This document shows, piece by piece, positions 44,248-51,875 of a stretch of 64,000 nucleotides of DNA. Each line of letters begins with the position of its first letter. The first letter of the stretch is position 1. The notes beneath the pieces are model-generated. The model did no database searches. It was not told where the DNA came from and saw nothing but the letters and a program-made list of their open reading frames with translations. A program made the translations under genes and the position numbers. The DNA is from a virus, in IMG/VR virus record IMGVR_UViG_3300045988_014525; one strand, given 5' to 3'.

Positions 44248-44264
44248 CTTACCCTCGTAAAGAC
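44248..44264 (+). repeat. GC motif, degenerate intergenic copy (partner of 44360)
   Basis: cttaccctcgtaaagac. Confidence 0.35.
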
Positions 44265-44359
44265 TAGGTATTGAATTAAGTGTTGTTATTAGTAGTGAAA
44301 TAAATACTAACTCGAACGAAAATCTCACAGATAATAGTAGCACGAGTTTTCAGTATCTA

Positions 44360-44380
44360 CATTCCTTTACGGGGGAAGTC
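44360..44380 (-). repeat. GC motif copy, intergenic
   Basis: cattcctttacgggggaagtc. Confidence 0.9.
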
Positions 44381-44563
44381 TCACATAGACCCGCTTTTCT
44401 TCGTCTCTGTACGATTTTATATAGCGAGATTAACAACTATATTATTTTCGCATTGCGTTCAACAGAGAGGCTAGAATTGCGTCAATCCATAAATAAAATA
44501 ATTAAGATTTTACTATGTGCTGAACTAATTATTGATTATATTAGTATAAACATTCATTAAATC

Positions 44564-44830
44564 ATGGAACAGAATAGAAAAGATTATATTGTAATTAGAC
44601 GTCCTGCTAACAATCTTGGCAAACCTATTTGTCCTATTTATCTTGTTATTAGTAGAGAACATCTTAGTAAATACGTTGATAAATATCTTGATGGTAAGAT
44701 AAAACGTAATCCTCATCTCAGTGCTTTTGAAGATTTATTCAATTATATTGCAAGTCGTAGACGTAAATACAATTTTGTATCTGCTGCTAGACGTGCTCGT
44801 TATCTTAATACTAAAACTAATTATTACTAA
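44564..44830 (+). CDS. Hypothetical basic protein (88 aa)
   Basis: ORF track; ATG verified. TAATG junction with the next gene. Confidence 0.5.
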   Translation: MEQNRKDYIVIRRPANNLGKPICPIYLVISREHLSKYVDKYLDGKIKRNPHLSAFEDLFNYIASRRRKYNFVSAARRARYLNTKTNYY

Positions 44831-45165
44831 TGTCGCAAGTACAAACTGTAAAAGTCTACGCTGAAATAAAAGGTTTTCCTAATTATAGCGTAGCTCCAGA
44901 TGGAGAAGTATTCTCTATTAATAGAGGAAGACCTCTTAAATGGTATCGTGGAAAAGGTTGTGAAAGACCTCATGTTACACTGTTTAATAATGGTGTAAGT
45001 TCTAAGCTATTCGTAGCTACTCTCGTTGCTAAAGCATTTGTTCCTAATCCTAAACCTAATGTATATAAATATGTTAGATATAAAGATGGTAATAGTGCTA
45101 ATAATCATTGGTCTAATCTTGAATGGTGTCGTAATCAAACTGGAAGTAAATATGGGAAAAGCTGA
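44830..45165 (+). CDS. Truncated, probably inactive HNH endonuclease paralog (111 aa)
   Basis: GFPNYSVAPDGEVFS...ATLVAKAFVPNPKPN...VRYKDGNSANNHWSNLEW aligns with the 39937 product. However, both His positions (HRLV, NHKD) read as T and Y, and the C-terminal DNA-binding module is missing. Confidence 0.6.
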   Translation: MSQVQTVKVYAEIKGFPNYSVAPDGEVFSINRGRPLKWYRGKGCERPHVTLFNNGVSSKLFVATLVAKAFVPNPKPNVYKYVRYKDGNSANNHWSNLEWCRNQTGSKYGKS

Positions 45166-45451
45166 GATATTTCAAAGTGTAGTTAAAGGAAGTAATTTCT
45201 TTACTCCTATTGTTGATAGTTATTATACTGTTGGCAATCATATCGTAGAACTTAGTTGTTTTGAAAAAGATGACCAACATGGACTATTCAATAAAGAAGT
45301 TAACGGTATTACCTTTAAAGGTACATATGGTGTTACTGTTATTACTAATAACGGTAATGGATGGGAACGTACTATCGAACTAGATAAACTGTGTGATTCT
45401 CATGATGAAGCTATTAAATATATTAAATCATTAGATAATGCAAAACGGTGA
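45152..45451 (+). CDS. Hypothetical protein (99 aa)
   Basis: The internal ATG at 45152 (MGKAEIFQSV...) is preferred. The upstream part of track ORF 45026 overlaps the HNH paralog in another frame. Confidence 0.5.
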   Translation: MGKAEIFQSVVKGSNFFTPIVDSYYTVGNHIVELSCFEKDDQHGLFNKEVNGITFKGTYGVTVITNNGNGWERTIELDKLCDSHDEAIKYIKSLDNAKR

Positions 45452-45773
45452 AATAATTCCTGCTCTTATTGCTAGAATAAGACAGAATAATACAGATAAT
45501 GTAGTTATTCGTAGTAAACTATATAATCTTTTGAATGATGTTACTAAAAAGTTTGACGATGTTATGATAGCTTGTCCTTATATTGTAGACTTTCAAAATA
45601 TGTCTAATGAACAAGTACTTGAACATTACTATTTAAGTATCGGTGCTGATAGTCTTTGGAATGCTCGTGAACTTATTATGAAAGCTATTAATGAACAGAA
45701 TAAATTAATTAACGAAGACTATAATGAAAAATTTAAAGAAACTAGCAAAGAAACTATTAAATATAAAAAATAA
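45438..45773 (+). CDS. Hypothetical protein (111 aa)
   Basis: ORF track; ATG verified. Confidence 0.55.
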   Translation: MQNGEIIPALIARIRQNNTDNVVIRSKLYNLLNDVTKKFDDVMIACPYIVDFQNMSNEQVLEHYYLSIGADSLWNARELIMKAINEQNKLINEDYNEKFKETSKETIKYKK

Positions 45774-45891
45774 AGAAGTTGTTCCTAAATGTTCTAATTG
45801 TGAACACTGGGGAACTATGAAATGTCCTAATAGTCTTTATTGTTATTCTACTGAAACAAAACCATTTTTTAAACTAAAACAACATGAGTAA
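45724..45891 (+). CDS. Small Cys-rich protein (55 aa), below the ORF-track cutoff
   Basis: My own reading: MKNLKKLAKKLLNIKNKEVVPKCSNCEHWGTMKCPNSLYCYSTETKPFFKLKQHE. The stop at 45889-45891 overlaps the next ATG. Confidence 0.3.
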   Translation: MKNLKKLAKKLLNIKNKEVVPKCSNCEHWGTMKCPNSLYCYSTETKPFFKLKQHE

Positions 45892-46669
45892 TAATCTATT
45901 TGAAATTAGTTCTGAATTGCAGGATATTATTTTGCAACTCGAAGAAGGTGAAGCAACTGATGAACTTATTGAAAAACTAAGAATCTCAGAAGATCATCTT
46001 AAAGAGAAGTTAGACAGTTACGTAAAAATTATTAGACGTTACAGTAATGATGTTAATGAATGTAAGGCTGAGAAAGATCGAGTTAATCAGATTCAAAAGA
46101 CTCGTAGCAATACTGTTGAAAGACTTAAGAATCTAGTTCTTGATGCAGTTCTTATGTTTGGTACTACTGGTAAGTCTGGAAACAAAGTAATTGAAGCTCC
46201 TACTTATAAACTATTTAGCCGTAATACTAATAGTTATAGTCCTAAAGATTTTCTTATTGCTGATATAATTAAAGAATTTTATTATTGTATTGGTGAATAT
46301 CTAGACGAAGTTTCTACTCTTGATAGTCTTGATTTAGAATTCTTAGCTCAAGTAATTTCCGCTCAATTAACTGCATATAAGATTGCTGATTTAGAAGCTG
46401 CTAATCAAAGTTTTGATAGAGACGAAATAGGTGTTAGCGTATCTAAAGACGATCTTCTTGCTATTCCTACAGAAATTACTATTAGTATTTCTTTAAGTGA
46501 ACTTGCTGACGAAGAAAATCTTCCTCTTGTTAAATGGATTAATGAACATCAACATAAAGTAGATACTGTTCATAAAGTTACTTCATCTCTTATTAAAACT
46601 CATCTTGATATGAATGCTAACTTACATATTTATAATATTGAAACAAAAACAAGTTTAACTATTAAATAA
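45884..46669 (+). CDS. Hypothetical protein, possibly Gp157-like (261 aa)
   Basis: The N-terminal acidic and coiled-coil pattern LFEISSELQDIILQLEEGEATDELIEKL... resembles siphovirus Gp157-type proteins. This is a weak call. Confidence 0.3.
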   Translation: MSNNLFEISSELQDIILQLEEGEATDELIEKLRISEDHLKEKLDSYVKIIRRYSNDVNECKAEKDRVNQIQKTRSNTVERLKNLVLDAVLMFGTTGKSGNKVIEAPTYKLFSRNTNSYSPKDFLIADIIKEFYYCIGEYLDEVSTLDSLDLEFLAQVISAQLTAYKIADLEAANQSFDRDEIGVSVSKDDLLAIPTEITISISLSELADEENLPLVKWINEHQHKVDTVHKVTSSLIKTHLDMNANLHIYNIETKTSLTIK

Positions 46670-46805
46670 AGTACTATGCTAGAAGTAGAAGATTGGATTG
46701 AAGAACTTATTAAAAAGATTATGGATACTTATGGCTGTAATCGTCGTGAAGCAATGGAAGCGATAAAAGAATACATATATTAAACAACTTATTAAATAAT
46801 TTATT

Positions 46806-47891
46806 ATGAACTTTAATTATAGAAACACTGCTTATAAATATAAGACTGGTGGTATTCCATGGAGAGGAAAGATTGGAATAGATATTTCCGATTGTACTAC
46901 AATGAGTGAAGCTATTCAGAAAGCTAAACTTAATTACACAGTTGCTAAATGTCCTATTGCTGCGCAGATGGAAGCTCTTCCTAATGGAGTTAATCGTGAC
47001 GGTTCTCTTATTCCTAATATCGTTAATGGATATGAATTCGTTACTATTCCTACTGAGTTTGCTACTTATCGTACCGATGCTAACATTCCTCTTGGGAAAG
47101 TTAAAAGTCGCTACGAAGTAGTTCAAAACGAAGTAGCTTTTAACTTCTTCAATGATGCTATTGGAAAAGATGTTCAACTAGATAGAGCTGGATACTTTGG
47201 ATATGGTCAGAAGATATTCTTATCAGCTAAGATAAATCAAGAAATGCAAATCGGTAATATCAAAGATAGTATTGATCATTACTTTGTATTTACTAACAGT
47301 CATGATGGAGGTTCTGCTGTCCAAATGATGATAACGCCTATTCGAGTTGCTTGTATGAATGCTCTACATTCTGCTCGATTAAGTGCTAATATGTATCTAT
47401 CATTTAGACATAATCAAGGCGTTAATGCTAAAATACTAACTGTTCCCGAAATACTTGGTATTGCAGACAAGCGCGTTGAAGAAGAAAAAGAAATGTATGC
47501 TGTTATGTTTAATACTAAAGTATCAGACACAGATGTTAAGAAATATCTATCAATGACTTTCCTTACGGGGGAGGAATTTGAAATTGTAGACGAGAACAAC
47601 TTGTACGAACCATTATTCAAGAAAGACTTCGTAACGTTTGAACAAGTTGGTCTTAGTAAACAAAAACTTGGTATTCTTTGTGACATTAATGAATATTATC
47701 ATTCGGGTATTGCTCAAAGTCAAATTGCCGGAACTGCTTACGGTGCTTACAATGCTGTTACTGGATATTTCAGTAATGTTAAGCAATACAAGAATGAAGA
47801 GATTCGTCTGAAGAATACTGTATTTGAAGGTGATTTCAATATTGGTGTTAAAGCTCTTAATTATGCGCTTGATGCTGTTTGGGATTACTAG
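46806..47891 (+). CDS. DUF932-like phage/plasmid protein (361 aa)
   Basis: FATYRTD...LGKVKSRYEVVQNEVAFNFF...GYFGYGQKIFL...YFVFTNSHDGGSAVQMMITPIRVACMNAL fits the DUF932/TIGR03299 pattern as I recall it. Confidence 0.5.
   Translation: MNFNYRNTAYKYKTGGIPWRGKIGIDISDCTTMSEAIQKAKLNYTVAKCPIAAQMEALPNGVNRDGSLIPNIVNGYEFVTIPTEFATYRTDANIPLGKVKSRYEVVQNEVAFNFFNDAIGKDVQLDRAGYFGYGQKIFLSAKINQEMQIGNIKDSIDHYFVFTNSHDGGSAVQMMITPIRVACMNALHSARLSANMYLSFRHNQGVNAKILTVPEILGIADKRVEEEKEMYAVMFNTKVSDTDVKKYLSMTFLTGEEFEIVDENNLYEPLFKKDFVTFEQVGLSKQKLGILCDINEYYHSGIAQSQIAGTAYGAYNAVTGYFSNVKQYKNEEIRLKNTVFEGDFNIGVKALNYALDAVWDY
47558..47574 (-). repeat. GC motif copy
   Basis: tttccttacgggggagg. The gene reads FLTGEE. Confidence 0.85.
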
Positions 47892-47895
47892 CCAA

Positions 47896-48105
47896 ATGTT
47901 CTTTATACAGCTTCCAATGTTATTCATAGCATTGGAAGCTATTATGCAATTTATTATATTTAATAGCAGAAGAACAGTTCCTAGTGAAACAACATTATTA
48001 ATGTTACTAACTATATTCTTGTTATATTATGTTCCAGTTATTAATATAATAATGTTTGTATGTAGTGTTATTATGTTTATTAAATATATAAATGGCGAGA
48101 TATGA
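47896..48105 (+). CDS. Small membrane protein (69 aa)
   Basis: The internal ATG at 47896 lies just after the upstream stop. MFFIQLPMLFIALEAIMQFIIF... plus a second hydrophobic segment. Confidence 0.45.
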   Translation: MFFIQLPMLFIALEAIMQFIIFNSRRTVPSETTLLMLLTIFLLYYVPVINIIMFVCSVIMFIKYINGEI

Positions 48106-48296
48106 AGAATAAAAAGAAAGTAAGAACTTGTGGTAATTGTATTCATTTAGTAAAGAGAGAAAAAGGTTGTTTCTATAAACATTATACGTGCTTAGAAAGA
48201 AGTAGTGATACTATTATTACTTCTTGTTATAGAAAACCTAGTACTCCAACTGATTGTCCTTATCATAAATTTAAAAACAATAATTATAATGAGTAA
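48102..48296 (+). CDS. Small Cys-rich protein (64 aa)
   Basis: ORF track; ATG verified. Contains CGNC...C...C...C...C. Confidence 0.45.
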   Translation: MKNKKKVRTCGNCIHLVKREKGCFYKHYTCLERSSDTIITSCYRKPSTPTDCPYHKFKNNNYNE

Positions 48297-48945
48297 ATTA
48301 AGTAAAGCAATAGCTAATGCTATTATTGAATTTAACGCTGGTTTATTAACTCAAGATGAACTTTATCAAAAACTAGAACGAGACATTGATAATGTTAATG
48401 TTAAAGTATGGCGTGAAGATAAATCTGTTCCATTACCTACTTATGGTAAAGAAGGAGATGCTTGTTGTGATGTCTATGCTAAGAGTATAGAATATGATTC
48501 AGACAAAGATAGATTTATTATTCATACAGGATTACATTTTGCTCTTCCCGATGAATATGAAATGGAACTTCGTCCACGTAGTAGCAATACTAAAACAGAT
48601 TATTATCTGCCTAATAGTCCCGGTACTCTTGATTGGGGTTATAGAGGAGAACTTCTTGTTATTTTCAAGAATCGTAGTAACATTCATTTATGTCGTTGTG
48701 TAGAAGATAGTCTTATGGCTATTAATCAATTGAAACACGTTACTAATAGAATTGAAGAAATAACAAATGATTGCATGAAAGAACTTGAACAAGTTATGAA
48801 TGGTTTTCCTTATAAAGAAGGCGATCGTGTTTGTCAACTTCTTGTTCGTCGTCGTGAGAAGATTACTTGGGATGAAGTTGAAACTCTTGAAGAACTTGGT
48901 AATACTGAAAGAGGTGAAGGTGGATTTGGTAGTACTGGAAAGTAA
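48289..48945 (+). CDS. dut: dUTPase with N-terminal extension and internal insertion (218 aa)
   Basis: The internal ATG at 48289 (MSKLSKAI...) is used. Motifs seen: GDACCDVYA, RPRSS, GTLDWGYRGEL, GDRVCQLLV, and C-terminal RGEGGFGSTGK. Confidence 0.8.
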   Translation: MSKLSKAIANAIIEFNAGLLTQDELYQKLERDIDNVNVKVWREDKSVPLPTYGKEGDACCDVYAKSIEYDSDKDRFIIHTGLHFALPDEYEMELRPRSSNTKTDYYLPNSPGTLDWGYRGELLVIFKNRSNIHLCRCVEDSLMAINQLKHVTNRIEEITNDCMKELEQVMNGFPYKEGDRVCQLLVRRREKITWDEVETLEELGNTERGEGGFGSTGK

Positions 48946-49184
48946 TGGAAGAGATTGAATTAAAGTCATTTGTTCAAGCCTTAATACTTAGAAATAAAGG
49001 GTATAAATTCAAACATATCAGAACTGGTAATATTTATACTCTTATTACTAAGATTAAGAGTAGGCATCCTATAAACGGAGATTGGTATGATGTCTTTCTT
49101 TATGTTAATGATAAGCGACAAAAGTTTTGTCGTAGCTGTGAAAGTTTTATTCTTAACTTTAAAGCTGTAAAAGATGGAGATTGA
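48945..49184 (+). CDS. Hypothetical protein (79 aa)
   Basis: ORF track; ATG verified (TAATG junction). Confidence 0.5.
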   Translation: MEEIELKSFVQALILRNKGYKFKHIRTGNIYTLITKIKSRHPINGDWYDVFLYVNDKRQKFCRSCESFILNFKAVKDGD

Positions 49185-49344
49185 GGCTTATCTTAAAGAT
49201 AATGATTTGGTCTATGAATGTCCTGATTGTTGTTCTGAAATTACTATAAGTGATAAAGATAAAGAATTAGCACTAACATTTGGAGATATTATTACTGATA
49301 CTTGTCCTGAATGCGGTGTAGTATTAACTATAAAAATGGATTAA
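49174..49344 (+). CDS. Zinc-ribbon protein (56 aa), below the ORF-track cutoff
   Basis: My own reading: MEIEAYLKDNDLVYECPDCCSEITISDKDKELALTFGDIITDTCPECGVVLTIKMD. The stop at 49342-49344 abuts the next ATG. Confidence 0.4.
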   Translation: MEIEAYLKDNDLVYECPDCCSEITISDKDKELALTFGDIITDTCPECGVVLTIKMD

Positions 49345-49602
49345 ATGAAAGAAATCAAATACAAAGAGTTTGATTTTAAAAGTGTTAGATATAATTCTAC
49401 TCTTACTTATGCTAAAGCTACCAATAAAGAGTACGAACAATATTATAAAGAACGCTTTGATTACGATATGGAACTTAGTGATGATGATTCTCTAACTTAT
49501 GATGGTTATATTGTATTTGTTGGCGGTATTGATACAGGTAATGCACCTGAATGGTATTCGGAAAAAGAATTTAATAATGTATTTAAAATTGAAGTTAAAT
49601 GA
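49345..49602 (+). CDS. Hypothetical protein (85 aa)
   Basis: ORF track; ATG verified. Confidence 0.5.
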   Translation: MKEIKYKEFDFKSVRYNSTLTYAKATNKEYEQYYKERFDYDMELSDDDSLTYDGYIVFVGGIDTGNAPEWYSEKEFNNVFKIEVK

Positions 49603-50282
49603 AAGCAATTGGAATTAAAATGGTTGAACTTCAACCAATGAGAGCTAGTATGGCTCTATCAACTGGTTATAAAATAGGTAATGCTCATCCTGATGATATG
49701 GCTTATGAAGTTACTTATCCAGATGGATATAAAAGTTGGACACCTAAAGATGTAGCTGACAATGCTTATTTTCCTCTTTCAGAGAATAACAATGGTACTA
49801 AGATTCTTAAAGAAGATGTTGAGAAGTTTATTACTGATGTAGAAGTAATGACAGTTGGTGAAAAGACTACTGTTGTTAATGCTCATACTCTTACTGGCTT
49901 TGATACAGTTCGTCATTCTTCTTGTGTTGACCCAAAGAATTACAGCGAAGAACTTGGAAAACAATACGCTATGGAAGAAGTTGTTAATAGTCTTTGGAGT
50001 CATCTTGGATTTGTTCTTCAATGGGCTAAATACGGTATTAATGTTAAACCTAAAGAAAGTAAATATCCTCCTCATATTCAAAGAGTAATTACAGAATATG
50101 AAGAGCTTAACGATAAGATTGGTAAACTTAATAAATTTATTAATGGCAATCCTTTCTTTAAGAAACTTGATGCAGAAGAGAGAAATGATATGGCTTGTCA
50201 GCTTACTTCTATGAGAAATTATTCTGATACTCTTCTTTCTCGTCTTACTAGAGCTGGTGTTAGTTTTGAAGAACTTATTTAA
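49599..50282 (+). CDS. N4 gp49 / Sf6 gp66-like protein (227 aa)
   Basis: KTTVVNAHTLTGFDTVRHSSCVDPKNYSEELGKQYAMEEVVNSLWSHLGFVLQ fits the pattern of that family as I recall it. Confidence 0.4.
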   Translation: MKAIGIKMVELQPMRASMALSTGYKIGNAHPDDMAYEVTYPDGYKSWTPKDVADNAYFPLSENNNGTKILKEDVEKFITDVEVMTVGEKTTVVNAHTLTGFDTVRHSSCVDPKNYSEELGKQYAMEEVVNSLWSHLGFVLQWAKYGINVKPKESKYPPHIQRVITEYEELNDKIGKLNKFINGNPFFKKLDAEERNDMACQLTSMRNYSDTLLSRLTRAGVSFEELI

Positions 50283-50294
50283 TTATAAGAAATT

Positions 50295-50576
50295 ATGTTT
50301 AAACAATATCGTAGAAAACAAATTGCAGAACTTCGTTCTGTTACACAGAAAGATATAGATTTATATAAAGCTAGAACTGATAATAAAAACATATCTAATG
50401 TTTCAAATATATGTTATGAAGATGAAAATCATAATTGCATATCTATATCTAGTGAAGATATTAAAGCCGGTTCTCCAAAACTAGGAGATATGATTGCTCG
50501 TAATCCTAAAAATCATAAAGACCAATGGCTTGTTGCTAAAGCGTATTTTAATGATAATTTTGAAGAACTTATTTAA
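50295..50576 (+). CDS. Hypothetical protein (93 aa)
   Basis: ORF track; ATG verified. Confidence 0.5.
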   Translation: MFKQYRRKQIAELRSVTQKDIDLYKARTDNKNISNVSNICYEDENHNCISISSEDIKAGSPKLGDMIARNPKNHKDQWLVAKAYFNDNFEELI

Positions 50577-50586
50577 TTAAGTAATT

Positions 50587-50859
50587 ATGCTAAAAATAAA
50601 AGATTTATTATCTATTGATACTTGGAATACATGTTCCAAAGTAGTTGATCCTAGAAATCCTAATAAGGTTTATCAATGTGATTCTTTGTGTCGTATGCAA
50701 GACAAAAATGGCGGTAATACTCTCCATGTAATTCTCAAAGAAATTACTGATAATGAATATGATGGAGATAAAACCGTAGTTGAACTTAATCAGTTCATGA
50801 ATACTTGGAATCCTTATGTTGAACCTGAAAAAGAAGAAGATCATGAAATCACAGAATAA
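50587..50859 (+). CDS. Hypothetical protein (90 aa)
   Basis: ORF track; ATG verified. Confidence 0.5.
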   Translation: MLKIKDLLSIDTWNTCSKVVDPRNPNKVYQCDSLCRMQDKNGGNTLHVILKEITDNEYDGDKTVVELNQFMNTWNPYVEPEKEEDHEITE

Positions 50860-50980
50860 GTTTATGCGTAGTCAAATTCGTAAAACTATGAGACGTGTTG
50901 CATCACTTCCTAAACTTAAAGCTCGTAATAATATCTATCTGAAACTACAAGAAGTAGAGAAGAGTTATAAGAACGAATAA
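50843..50980 (+). CDS. Small basic protein (45 aa), below the ORF-track cutoff
   Basis: My own reading: MKSQNKFMRSQIRKTMRRVASLPKLKARNNIYLKLQEVEKSYKNE. Followed by a terminator. Confidence 0.3.
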   Translation: MKSQNKFMRSQIRKTMRRVASLPKLKARNNIYLKLQEVEKSYKNE

Positions 50981-51010
50981 GTATTAATCATTTTAGTTAT
51001 ACATTTAGAA

Positions 51011-51046
51011 AGTACTAGTAATAGAAGTATTGCTAGTACTTTTATT
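51011..51046 (+). terminator. Rho-independent terminator
   Basis: AGTACTAGTA-atagaagtat-TGCTAGTACT followed by TTTATT. Confidence 0.6.
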
Positions 51047-51061
51047 CAAAATAAATTAGAT

Positions 51062-51415
51062 ATGAATATTCAGGATTTAAAAATAGGTATGATAGTTTAT
51101 CATAAGGATGTATATAAACACCGTGAAGCTCTAAAAATAGTAGCCATAAAAGAAGATGAAATAGAGGTAGAAGGAGACTTTTCTGGTGGTACACATAACG
51201 TTATTCAAAGAAGTTGGTTGCCACTAAAAGGGACATCGGTGATTTATAACTATGATTACAAGAAATACTGTAGAGAACAGGCAGTATGTATATACGAACT
51301 ATCTAAGAATCATAAGCCATATAATGAATTAAATAATACTCAAAAAACTATGCTTGATTTATTAAATATGGTTTTTAATCTTACCACAGATGTACAATTA
51401 AACAAAGAATTTTAA
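51062..51415 (+). CDS. Hypothetical protein (117 aa)
   Basis: ORF track; ATG verified. Flanked by terminators on both sides. Confidence 0.55.
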   Translation: MNIQDLKIGMIVYHKDVYKHREALKIVAIKEDEIEVEGDFSGGTHNVIQRSWLPLKGTSVIYNYDYKKYCREQAVCIYELSKNHKPYNELNNTQKTMLDLLNMVFNLTTDVQLNKEF

Positions 51416-51460
51416 TTCAATACAAAATAAGTAATAAACAATTTGTTATACATTATATGT

Positions 51461-51494
51461 AAGGAGTGCTAGAGATAGTACTCCTTATTTTTTT
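51461..51494 (+). terminator. Rho-independent terminator
   Basis: AAGGAGTGCT-agagat-AGTACTCCTT followed by ATTTTTTT. Confidence 0.7.
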
Positions 51495-51567
51495 AAACTA
51501 TACTTGGATCAATTATTTATATTAGTGTTAAAGTAGTAGTTACTGATAAGATGGAAATATGTTATGA

Positions 51568-51587
51568 CCACCCCCGTAAAGGAATGG
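51568..51587 (+). repeat. GC motif copy, intergenic, left arm of a hairpin
   Basis: ccacccccgtaaaggaatgg. Confidence 0.9.
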
Positions 51588-51606
51588 AATTAGCTATTAA
51601 CTACTT

Positions 51607-51626
51607 CTCTTACGGGGGTGGCACAA
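51607..51626 (-). repeat. GC motif copy, intergenic, right arm of a hairpin
   Basis: ctcttacgggggtggcacaa. Confidence 0.9.
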
Positions 51627-51795
51627 ATTGTTTATAAAATTATTGATTATAGTTTTGGTATTATCGAATATATTATTATATTTTATAGGAATTCATTTTC
51701 TATTGATTATGTAAGGATTTTATGCAAGTCGTTGATAATTAAGTAGTTACATGACAGCTAATTTCATAGAAAACGGCAAAATCATTCAGTATATT

Positions 51796-51810
51796 ATGCA
51801 AAATTTGCAT
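51796..51810. promoter_or_regulatory. Operator-like palindrome ATGCAAA-A-TTTGCAT
   Basis: 7-bp perfect arms. Lies 32-46 nt upstream of the -7 box. Confidence 0.55.
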
Positions 51811-51817
51811 GATTTTT

Positions 51818-51832
51818 ATGTAAAGTTTGCAT
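51818..51832. promoter_or_regulatory. Second operator-like palindrome ATGTAAA-G-TTTGCAT
   Basis: One arm mismatch. Its centre is 22 bp from the first palindrome. Confidence 0.5.
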
Positions 51833-51841
51833 ATTAATATG

Positions 51842-51849
51842 TATATTTG
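51842..51849 (+). promoter_or_regulatory. Bacteroidota-type -7 box TATATTTG
   Basis: Matches TAnnTTTG. Lies 27 nt upstream of the ATG at 51876. Confidence 0.5.
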
Positions 51850-51875
51850 TGGTAAATATATTTTTAATTTAATGT

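Noticed and set aside
23983-48288. N-terminal extensions of track ORFs 23983, 28637, 29091, 29705, 31997, 45026, 47824, 48205 (and 6430, 7250 and 18778 on the minus strand)
   Set aside because: The extensions begin at TTG or GTG, or overlap the preceding gene, a regulatory repeat or a terminator in a hydrophobic junk frame. In each case an internal ATG placed at or just after the upstream stop gives a sensible N-terminus.
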